Shown here: positions 10,063 to 18,166 of the stretch, one piece after another
Numbering within the stretch: the first letter of the stretch is position 1
Layout: each line of letters opens with the position of its first letter
Source of the DNA: Fidelibacterota bacterium
GTDB taxonomy: Bacteria; Fidelibacterota; Fidelibacteria; Fidelibacterales; Fidelibacteraceae
Assembly: GCA_034723415.1 (NCBI GenBank)
Contig: JAYEOX010000081.1
Location: 16,741-43,299, forward strand
Direction: 5' to 3'
DNA: 26,559 nt
Notes under the pieces: generated by a model
What the model was told of the DNA's origin: nothing
The model's database searches: none
What the model saw: the letters and a program-made list of their open reading frames with translations, nothing else
Position numbers and translations under genes: made by a program

Positions 10063-10745
10063 TGGATATTTCTACATTAAAAAACATAACATTGTTTGAA
10101 GATATAAATGACGAAGATCTTAATAAAATTTTAAAATTTTGTAAAAACAATCATTATCACAAAGGTAATATAATTTTTTTTGAAGAAGATCTTGGCGATT
10201 TGATATTTTTTATTGTAACCGGTAAAGTTAAAATTAGTCGCACCAACGAAGCCGGGAAAGAGATAATATTATCGATTATAGAAGAAGGTGACTATTTTGG
10301 TGAAATGTCAATATTGGACGGAGAAACCAGGTCGGCAAATGTGATTGCTTTATCGAATGCTAGTGTTTTTATCATCAACAAACAGGATTTTTATTTTATT
10401 TTGGAAAAGTATCCAAAAGTAACTATTCGTTTATTAAAAAATCTTACTAGACGATTACGAAAAGCAGATAAATTAATTGAAAGTTTGTCACTAAATAATG
10501 CAGAAAACAAGATTTGTAATACAATTTTAGCTATTGCTGAAGAGGAGGGAATGCATATAAACGGAAGTGTTACTGTTAATAAAATGCCAAGTCAAGGAAT
10601 AATTGCAAATATGTCCGGGACATCACGAGAAACAGTTTCAAGAACTTTCTCTAAGTTGAAAACAAAAAAATTAATTAGTGTTAAAAATAATAACTTAGTT
10701 ATAAACAATTATGAAGATTTCCTAAAAAAACTTTCTAATGATTAA
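10062..10745 (+). CDS. Crp/Fnr family transcriptional regulator (cNMP-binding, CRP-like)
   Basis: FGEMSILDGETRSA phosphate-binding cassette; HTH SQ..IANMSGTSRETVSR; no N-terminal FNR Cys cluster. Confidence 0.93.
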   Translation: MDISTLKNITLFEDINDEDLNKILKFCKNNHYHKGNIIFFEEDLGDLIFFIVTGKVKISRTNEAGKEIILSIIEEGDYFGEMSILDGETRSANVIALSNASVFIINKQDFYFILEKYPKVTIRLLKNLTRRLRKADKLIESLSLNNAENKICNTILAIAEEEGMHINGSVTVNKMPSQGIIANMSGTSRETVSRTFSKLKTKKLISVKNNNLVINNYEDFLKKLSND

Positions 10746-10747
10746 AC

Positions 10748-11287
10748 TTATTCTCCAAAGTATTTAACAATAGAATATACATTATAATTACTAAGTACTT
10801 TTCTACCTCCGAGATCCGGCAACTCTATAATAAAAGCAACCCCTTTTACAATACCTTTTAGTTTTTCTATTAAATCAATAGAAGCTTTTGCCGATCCACC
10901 TGTAGCTAACAGATCATCAATTAATAAGACATTCTGACCCGGATTCACTGAATCTTTATGTATTTGAAGTGTATTACTACCATACTCAAGTGAATATTCT
11001 TGAGAAATATATTCACCGGGCAATTTCCCCGGTTTTCTTATCGGTACAAATGGTAAATTCAATTTATACGCCAATGCACCTCCAATAATAAATCCTCGCG
11101 ATTCAATGCCGGCCACTATATCAATATCCATTTCTTTATATTTTTTTACTAGATCATCTATTATTATTTTATATCCTTCTGTGTCTTTTAATAAAGTGGT
11201 TATATCACGAAACATAATTCCCTTAATCGGGAAATCCGGTATTGTACGAATTTTGGATTTGATCAATTCTTTGGTTTTTTCATCCAT
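10748..11287 (-). CDS. apt: Adenine phosphoribosyltransferase
   Basis: IRTIPDFP..GIMFRDITTLL, IESRGF, RKPGKLPG, LEYG, LIDDLLATGGS. Confidence 0.97.
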   Translation of the reverse strand: MDEKTKELIKSKIRTIPDFPIKGIMFRDITTLLKDTEGYKIIIDDLVKKYKEMDIDIVAGIESRGFIIGGALAYKLNLPFVPIRKPGKLPGEYISQEYSLEYGSNTLQIHKDSVNPGQNVLLIDDLLATGGSAKASIDLIEKLKGIVKGVAFIIELPDLGGRKVLSNYNVYSIVKYFGE

Positions 11288-11434
11288 ATTTCATCCTTTA
11301 TTTTTTCTGTAATATAATATAAGTTAAATAGAAAATAAACAATTAAATTTTGATAATTCAATAGAAATGTAAAAAGTGAAAGATTAAAAACACCGAAGTA
11401 CACTAAATAACAGAAATGATTTTAAATAATTAAA

Positions 11435-11484
11435 ATAATACCTTTTTAAGTTGACTTTGTCAATATTTATTCAGAACTTATGAT
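11435..11484. promoter_or_regulatory. Overlapping divergent sigma70 promoters (apt side and zinc-ribbon/rnpB side)
   Basis: Minus strand: TTGACA (11463-11458), 17 nt, TATTAT (11440-11435). Plus strand: TTGTCA (11457-11462), 16 nt, TATGAT (11479-11484). Confidence 0.55.
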
Positions 11485-11559
11485 GCTATTGGGAAATTGG
11501 AGGAAAATAAAATTAAATTCTATTACATACACATAAAAATGTGGCAAAACCATATATAT

Positions 11560-11585
11560 AAACACCGCTAAATCGGTGTTTTTTT
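11560..11585 (+). terminator. Intrinsic terminator-like hairpin upstream of the zinc-ribbon gene
   Basis: AAACACCG-CTAAAT-CGGTGTTT with a T run to 11585. Confidence 0.55.
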
Positions 11586-11621
11586 AATATTAATATTTTT
11601 TTTAAAATTAAGGAGTATTAC

Positions 11622-12347
11622 ATGCATAAAACAATAAAACAACTTATAAAACTTCAGTCATTAGACAATAATCTAAAAGCAATTAATGATAAATTGGGCG
11701 ATCTACCCGAAACAGTAAAAACACTTAAATATCAAATTGAAGAAAAGCAAAAAGAAAACAAGAAAAATTCAGAAACGATTGTTGAAAATAAAACCTTAAT
11801 TAAAAAAAATGAAGCAATGGCAGAAGATGTCAATATCGAAATGAAAAAATTTCAAGAACAATTATATCTCGTAACAACAAACAGAGAATACGATGCATTA
11901 ACAGCTGAAATAGATTTTTCGAAAAAAGAAATTCTAATAGCAGAAGATGAAATCCTCAGTGCAGAAGAAAACAATGAAGAATTAAAAGAAAAAATCAAAG
12001 CAACTGAAATTAATATTGAAAAATCAAAAGAAGAATTAAAAAATGCAAAAAAAGATCTCCGCCAAACAATCAAAAGTACTGAAACGGAAAAACAAAAGCT
12101 GGAAACAGAGAGGGAAAAAATAACAAAACTTATTCCAAAAAAATATTTAAATATTTATAAAAGAATTTATAATGCAAGAAATGGTTTAGCAGTTGTGCCA
12201 ATTAAACGAGATGCTTGTGGAGGTTGTAATAGCAGAATAATTCCACAAAAAAGAGTTGAAATTTATAAGGGAGACAAAATATTTTTATGTGATGTTTGCA
12301 ATCGATTCCTTTATGCGGAAAATGCCGTAGACGATGAACATAAATAA
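11622..12347 (+). CDS. Coiled-coil protein with C-terminal C4 zinc ribbon (zf-RING_7 / CT398-HP0958-like)
   Basis: L..LQ.LD N-terminus, long E/K coiled coil with NREYDAL..EI, CGGC...CDVC.R.LY; AAGGAG Shine-Dalgarno. Confidence 0.9.
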   Translation: MHKTIKQLIKLQSLDNNLKAINDKLGDLPETVKTLKYQIEEKQKENKKNSETIVENKTLIKKNEAMAEDVNIEMKKFQEQLYLVTTNREYDALTAEIDFSKKEILIAEDEILSAEENNEELKEKIKATEINIEKSKEELKNAKKDLRQTIKSTETEKQKLETEREKITKLIPKKYLNIYKRIYNARNGLAVVPIKRDACGGCNSRIIPQKRVEIYKGDKIFLCDVCNRFLYAENAVDDEHK

Positions 12348-12354
12348 CAAAATC

Positions 12355-12727
12355 CCAAAGTTGACAAGATGATTGCCTTAAAAGAGGAGGAAAGTCCGAA
12401 CTTCGCAGAGTAAGATGCCGGTTAATTGCCGGCCGAAGTAATTCGCGGGAAAGTGCCAAAGAAAATAAACCGCCAAAGCATCTTAATTGATGCCGGCAAG
12501 GGTGAAAAGGTGTGGTAAGAGCACACCGATCAGATAGCAATATCCGATGCTTGGAAAACCCCATCTGAAGCGATACAAATAGGAGAAAGATATGAATAAA
12601 TATCAAGTTTTACTCGAACTTATTTTCTCCGGGTTGTTGCAAGATCTTAAAAGTAATTTTTAGAGTAGATAAATGATCATCATTCCGACTTATCGGAAAA
12701 CAAAATTCGGCTTATTGTCAACTTTGG
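12355..12727 (+). ncRNA. rnpB: RNase P RNA, bacterial type A
   Basis: GAGGAAAGTCCG, GAAAGTGCC, AAGGGTGAAA.GGTG.GGTAAGAGC.CACC, AAACCCC, AGATAAATGAT and ACAAAATTCGGCTTA conserved blocks; P1 formed by CCAAAGTTGACAA / TTGTCAACTTTGG; P4 covariation CCGAA/TTCGG; P18 with a GTAA tetraloop. Confidence 0.97.
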
Positions 12728-12751
12728 AATTAAAAAAAACAAAAGCTTAAA

Positions 12752-14443
12752 ATGAAATGGCAATTAAAAGACATAAAACCTGAAACTATATTAGAACATA
12801 GTAAAATAAATAAAACATCTTATCTATTTAGTAATATTCTTTTATCTAGAAAAATAATTACTAAAGAAAATATTCAAAAGTTTTTTCATCCTGAGGATTC
12901 CGAATTATACGATCCATTCTTATTAACTGATATGATTCAATCGGTAGAGAAAATTCATGACATTATCGAATTAGATAAAAAAATACTTATTTACGGTGAT
13001 TACGATGTAGATGGCGTAACCTCAACCTCTTTATTATATCTATTCTTTCTAAAATTTTCCTCGGAAATCCTTTATTATATTCCTGACAGAGAAAAAGAAG
13101 GATATGGAATATCAAAAAAAGGAATTGATCATGCAAAAGCTAACAATGTTTCATTGATCATAACTTGCGATTGTGGAATAAACAGCATTAAAGAAATTGA
13201 ATATGCTAATCACAAAGGAATTGAAACAATAATAACCGACCACCATCAGCCTGATACAATTTTACCAAAAGCTTTCTCGATTATTAATCCTAAAAGAAAA
13301 AATGATGAATATCCCAACAAGGATTTAGCAGGTGTTGGCGTAGCTTACAAATTAATATATGCCTATTGTTTGAAATATGATATTCAGATAAAAACAGCAA
13401 ATGATTTTTTAGATCTCGTTGCTCTTGGTACGGCAGCGGACATTGTTCCAATGAAAGATGAAAATCGTATTTTAACATATCGAGGTTTGAAAAAAATAAA
13501 TAGTGGTAATATTAGAATTGGGTTAATTGAATTAATAAGAATTTGTGATTTACAAGAAAAAGAATTAAATGTATCTGATATTGTTTTTAGTCTTGCTCCA
13601 AGATTAAATGCCACAGGAAGATTAAGCAATGCAAAAAAAGCAATTAAATTATTGACTACGAAAGAAATCAGAATGGCAAGAGAGTATTCCGAAATTCTTA
13701 ATAAAGAAAATCTTGAACGAAGAGCTATTCAAGACGAAGTATATGAAAATGCTTTATTTCAATTGCAAGAGAAATACGGTGAAAATATTCCAAAAATTAT
13801 TATATTAAATAGCGATACTTGGCATCCCGGAGTAATTGGAATCGTTTCTTCAAAAATTAAAGAATCCTTTTATCGTCCAAATTTCCTAATCTCATTTAGA
13901 AATGGAATCGGTAAAGGAAGTGGTAGAAGTATCAAAAATTTTAACTTGTATGATGCTTTAGCAAGTTCAAAAAAATATTTAGAAGGATTCGGCGGCCACT
14001 TTGCCGCTGCAGGTCTTACAATCAAAAAACAAAATTTAGAAAATTTTGAATCGTCTATAACTGATTATACAAACAAAAATATCGATGACGAAAATTTAAT
14101 AAAAACTCTACCAATTGATGCTAAAATACAGTTAGAGAATATTAACGCTACACTATTAAAATTTATTGACAGAATGATGCCATTTGGGCCTGGGAATATG
14201 CGTCCAATATTTTGTATGTACAAAGTGCATCCATATAGAGCAAGAATTTTGAAAAATAAACATTTAAAATTTTCTGTGAAAAATGAAAATTTATATTTAG
14301 ATTGTATAGGTTGGAATATGGTTGATAAATTTGAGTTGATTATGTCACCTAAAAAAGAGATAAATATAGCTTTTATACCAACAATAAATGAATGGAACAA
14401 CAAGAAAAATATTCAATTAGTAATAAAAGATATTAAAAAATAG
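12752..14443 (+). CDS. recJ: Single-stranded-DNA-specific exonuclease RecJ
   Basis: YGDYDVDG, EGYG, ITCDCG, ITDHH, APRLNA.GR, GSGRS, GGH..AAG, PFGPGN. Confidence 0.97.
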   Translation: MKWQLKDIKPETILEHSKINKTSYLFSNILLSRKIITKENIQKFFHPEDSELYDPFLLTDMIQSVEKIHDIIELDKKILIYGDYDVDGVTSTSLLYLFFLKFSSEILYYIPDREKEGYGISKKGIDHAKANNVSLIITCDCGINSIKEIEYANHKGIETIITDHHQPDTILPKAFSIINPKRKNDEYPNKDLAGVGVAYKLIYAYCLKYDIQIKTANDFLDLVALGTAADIVPMKDENRILTYRGLKKINSGNIRIGLIELIRICDLQEKELNVSDIVFSLAPRLNATGRLSNAKKAIKLLTTKEIRMAREYSEILNKENLERRAIQDEVYENALFQLQEKYGENIPKIIILNSDTWHPGVIGIVSSKIKESFYRPNFLISFRNGIGKGSGRSIKNFNLYDALASSKKYLEGFGGHFAAAGLTIKKQNLENFESSITDYTNKNIDDENLIKTLPIDAKIQLENINATLLKFIDRMMPFGPGNMRPIFCMYKVHPYRARILKNKHLKFSVKNENLYLDCIGWNMVDKFELIMSPKKEINIAFIPTINEWNNKKNIQLVIKDIKK

Positions 14444-14450
14444 GAGAAAA

Positions 14451-15443
14451 ATGGGAACAAAAATTAGTGGCTTTGGTTTTTATGTGCCTGATAATACTGT
14501 AACAAATTTTGATCTGGAAAAGAAATTTGACACATCCAACGAATGGATCATAGAACGAACGGGTATTCAAGAAAGACGATTTATTACACCAAATGAAACA
14601 AACACATCCGATCTATCTGTTAATGCTGCAAAAAAAGCACTTAAAATGGCAAAAGTCAAACCGGAAGATTTGGATTTAATCATTGCTGCAACATTGTCAG
14701 CTGATTACAGTATTCCGGGAATGGGAGTTATAATACAAGATAAATTGGGTTGCAAAGATATTCCTGCTATTGATATTCGTCAACAGTGCAGTGGTTTTAT
14801 TTATGGACTTGATTTAGCTGATCTATATATTAAATCCGGAAGATATAAAAAGATACTTCTTATTGGGGCGGAAATTCAATCAACCGGATTAAATTTAACT
14901 GACAAAGGAAGAGATCTAGCTGTTTTGTTTGGCGATGGTGCCGGAGCTTTTATATTAGAAAATTCTCAAGAAAATTCAGATATTATTGATTCCATTTTAC
15001 ATTCTGATGGTAAATATTATAAAGAGTTATGGAAAGAATCTCCCAATTCCTCTCAAACAGGAAGGATTCTTGTCGAAGATATCCAAAATGGAAAAATATA
15101 TCCGAAAATGAATGGGCGAACTGTTTTTAAACACGCCATAACTAAAATGCCTGCTGTTGTATTAGAGCTGTTAAAAAGAAATAATCTTACTAAAGAAGAT
15201 ATTACTCAAATAATTCCCCATCAAGCAAATTTCAGAATAACACAGATGGTAGCAAAACGACTTGGATTATCAATGGATAAGGTATATTCAAATATTCACA
15301 AATACGGGAACACAACTGCCGCTACAATTCCAATCGCTTTCACGGAAGCATATAATGAGGGGAAATTTAAAAAAGGCGATTTAATTATTACGGTATCATT
15401 TGGTTCTGGATTTACTTGGGGAGCTAATTTAATAAAATTTTAG
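14451..15443 (+). CDS. fabH: 3-oxoacyl-ACP synthase III
   Basis: WI.ERTGI..R, QCSGF (Cys), LFGDGAGA, PHQAN (His), YGNT (Asn), FGSGFTWG; AGGAG Shine-Dalgarno. Confidence 0.93.
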   Translation: MGTKISGFGFYVPDNTVTNFDLEKKFDTSNEWIIERTGIQERRFITPNETNTSDLSVNAAKKALKMAKVKPEDLDLIIAATLSADYSIPGMGVIIQDKLGCKDIPAIDIRQQCSGFIYGLDLADLYIKSGRYKKILLIGAEIQSTGLNLTDKGRDLAVLFGDGAGAFILENSQENSDIIDSILHSDGKYYKELWKESPNSSQTGRILVEDIQNGKIYPKMNGRTVFKHAITKMPAVVLELLKRNNLTKEDITQIIPHQANFRITQMVAKRLGLSMDKVYSNIHKYGNTTAATIPIAFTEAYNEGKFKKGDLIITVSFGSGFTWGANLIKF

Positions 15444-15456
15444 TTTGGAGCTAATA

Positions 15457-17748
15457 ATGAACATTGCAAATATATTTAAAAACAACAATAATTATATTAA
15501 AGTATTGATTATTTCTACAATAATCATTTTAACAATGTTAATGATCCCTAGTGAAAAATCTTTTTTATCGTCTTATCATGTGGGAGAAATTACCAGAGAA
15601 CCAATAATTGCCCCATATGATTTTGATGTCTTAAGACCACAATCTAAGATAGACAAAGAAAGAAAAGAAGCCATTAAAAATGTTCCTGCTGTTTTCAATA
15701 AAAATAATGTGCGTCCACCTGTTCAAGAGAAAAATATAAATCATTTTTTTGATCTGACGATATCATTAAGAAAAATTCATAATAATTTAACTCTTAATAA
15801 GGAAAGAAAAGAACAATACAAATATTCACCAAACAAGTTACAAAAAATTAATAACGAAATAGAGACAGGTAAAATAGCTTTTGAAAAAATAATTAAAAAG
15901 TTTAAAGACCAATATGTAATTGATATCACCAATTCTCCATTTAATGAGTTGTATAAACCGATCGATAACAAAACAATTAATTTGAAAACCATTAATAATG
16001 AATTGATAACGACTGCTTCTTTTTTATATAAAAGTGGAATAGTTGACATATCAAAAGATTCTATTAAATCAATTCAAATAGCAGTTTCAGAATCCGGGGA
16101 AGAAAAAATACTACAGAAGGAAAATATATATGACAGAGACGGTTCTGTAGAAATTGCATCACAAAAAATATATTCAAAATTCAATAATTTGAGTCACAAT
16201 AAAAAACAATTAATATCTCATTTGTCAAAATTGTTTATTGATCCTAATTTAATTTATGATAAAGAAAGAACAGAAAAACGTCAAAAAGATGTTTTAAGCA
16301 GAATATCATTAGTGGACGAGAAAATCTTAAAAAATGAGAAGATTGTTGGTGCCAACACGAGAATTACCGAAAACATTTTTAGGAAATTAAAATCTCTAAA
16401 CAAAGCTGAATCAGCTAAACATGTTAACTCAACAGGTATCAAATATTTTACTTCTTTAATTGGTGATTTTTTTATTATTAGTATCATTTATTCACTATTT
16501 ATTATATTTTTATTCAACTATAGAAAAAACATTCTAAAAGACAATAAATTATTTACATTAATTGCGCTTTGTCAAATAATAATTATATTGTTTGGATTTC
16601 TTATTACAAAAATTCCATTCATAACAATTGTTTTTTTCCCGGTGATCATTTCGGCCATGTTAATAACAATATTTTTTGATGAAAGAGTAGCAATTTTTAG
16701 TTCTATTACAATCCTCTTATTAATGTCGTTTGTTTTTGGTAATCATTTTAAATTTCTGATCATTCACTTATTACCTACAATAATAGCAATAACAACTGTT
16801 AGAAATTTGAGAAATAGAGATCAAATATTCCGCCCAATTGGCTGGGTTTCTCTTGGATATATTATCACTGTAACGGGGTCATATTTTATTTCTCTATACT
16901 CTTATTTTGATCTTTTTACAGAAATTGCATTTGCATTTGGAAATGTGCTTTTATCCGTCCTGATCACATACGGATTGGTAAACTTATTCGAAAAAATGTT
17001 TGATATTACCACAGATATTACATTATTGGAATTGTCTGATCTTACCCATCCAATATTAAAAGAATTATCTTTAAAAGCTCCTGGAACATTTAACCACTCA
17101 ATTACTGTGGGAATGTTAGCTGAATCTGCTGCAGAAGAAGTTGGAGCAAACAATTTATTAACCAGGGTTGGAGCTTATTATCATGATATCGGGAAAATAC
17201 CTAAAGCTGAATATTTTATAGAGAATCAAAATGATGGTAAAAACAAACTAAATCTATTAAAACCTCGGATGGCGGCAAAAGTAATTATTAATCATGTTAA
17301 AACCGGTTTGGAGATTGCACAAAAATATAAACTGCCTCAAAAAATTAAGGATTTTATTAATACTCATCATGGAACAATGACAGTAGCATATTTTTATAAT
17401 AAAGCACAAAACAATGATGATTCCAAAGAAATTGATGAAAGCGATTTTAAATATAATGGTCCAAAACCATTTACCAAAGAGACAGGTATAGTAATGATCG
17501 TTGAGGCAATCGAAGCCGCAGTAAGATCTTTAAAAAATCCTACTCATTTGGATATAGAAAATATTTGTAATAAGATAATCAAACAAAGATTAAATGGGAA
17601 CGAATTAGAAAACTGTCCCTTAACATTTGCAGATTTAACAAAAATAAAAGAAGCTATTCTACCAAAACTAAATAGTATGTATCATAAAAGAATTGCATAT
17701 CCTGATGATAAAGAAACCAAAGATGAAGAAAAAAAATCAACAAATTAA
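15457..17748 (+). CDS. 7TM-HD phosphohydrolase, PgpH-like (probable cyclic di-AMP phosphodiesterase)
   Basis: N-terminal TM, large extracytoplasmic domain, TM bundle, then LLELSD, APGTFNHS, YYHDIGK, FIENQ, HHGT, Y.GPKP, YH.RI.YP. Start moved to ATG 15457 because GGAG lies at 15447-15450. Confidence 0.9.
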   Translation: MNIANIFKNNNNYIKVLIISTIIILTMLMIPSEKSFLSSYHVGEITREPIIAPYDFDVLRPQSKIDKERKEAIKNVPAVFNKNNVRPPVQEKNINHFFDLTISLRKIHNNLTLNKERKEQYKYSPNKLQKINNEIETGKIAFEKIIKKFKDQYVIDITNSPFNELYKPIDNKTINLKTINNELITTASFLYKSGIVDISKDSIKSIQIAVSESGEEKILQKENIYDRDGSVEIASQKIYSKFNNLSHNKKQLISHLSKLFIDPNLIYDKERTEKRQKDVLSRISLVDEKILKNEKIVGANTRITENIFRKLKSLNKAESAKHVNSTGIKYFTSLIGDFFIISIIYSLFIIFLFNYRKNILKDNKLFTLIALCQIIIILFGFLITKIPFITIVFFPVIISAMLITIFFDERVAIFSSITILLLMSFVFGNHFKFLIIHLLPTIIAITTVRNLRNRDQIFRPIGWVSLGYIITVTGSYFISLYSYFDLFTEIAFAFGNVLLSVLITYGLVNLFEKMFDITTDITLLELSDLTHPILKELSLKAPGTFNHSITVGMLAESAAEEVGANNLLTRVGAYYHDIGKIPKAEYFIENQNDGKNKLNLLKPRMAAKVIINHVKTGLEIAQKYKLPQKIKDFINTHHGTMTVAYFYNKAQNNDDSKEIDESDFKYNGPKPFTKETGIVMIVEAIEAAVRSLKNPTHLDIENICNKIIKQRLNGNELENCPLTFADLTKIKEAILPKLNSMYHKRIAYPDDKETKDEEKKSTN

Positions 17749-18166
17749 CATTTTTAATGATCTAAACAATGCTTTGCCATTAACAAATAAAGCAATTAAG
17801 GCAATTCCCCTTGTAATTTTTAAACATTACAAAATCTATTCTTATAGCATAAATATAGTAGCAGTTAGGGATGAAACATTAAGAAAAATGAAAAATGAAC
17901 ATTTCAACAAAAATTTATATACAGATGTAATATCATTTTTATTAGAAAAAAATAGTAATTTTATTGAGGGTGAAATTTATATTTGTCCAAAAATAATAAA
18001 AGAAAATGCACACCGATATTCAAATACTTTTAATAAGGAATTTGCGCGAGTTGTGATTCATGGCATTCTACATCTATTAGGATACGAAGATGAAACCGAA
18101 GAAGAAAAAAAGAGAATGCACAATAGAGAAAATGAATTTTTAAAAGAGTTAAATTATGATAATTGA
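17723..18166 (+). CDS. ybeY: rRNA maturation endoribonuclease YbeY
   Basis: TDVISF, GEIYI, HGILHLLGY motifs; ATG 17723 preferred to the track's start at 17693. Confidence 0.92.
   Translation: MKKKNQQINIFNDLNNALPLTNKAIKAIPLVIFKHYKIYSYSINIVAVRDETLRKMKNEHFNKNLYTDVISFLLEKNSNFIEGEIYICPKIIKENAHRYSNTFNKEFARVVIHGILHLLGYEDETEEEKKRMHNRENEFLKELNYDN

Noticed and set aside
11451..11463. TTGAC-N3-GTCAA palindrome as an FNR-type box for the nearby regulator
   Set aside because: The spacer is 3 rather than 4 nt, the regulator has a CRP-type helix, and overlapping divergent -35 elements explain the sequence.
11543..11552. GGCAAAACC resembling the start of a c-di-GMP-I riboswitch
   Set aside because: The GNRA hairpin, the GxCGCAAA segment and the P2 stem are absent.
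12202..12606. 134-aa minus-strand ORF
   Set aside because: Antisense shadow of the RNase P RNA and the zinc-ribbon gene end; no protein-like features.
18059..18094. YbeY third zinc ligand is Asp (HGILHLLGYED) rather than His
   Set aside because: An Asp at this position is a common natural variant, for example in Bacteroidota YbeY.
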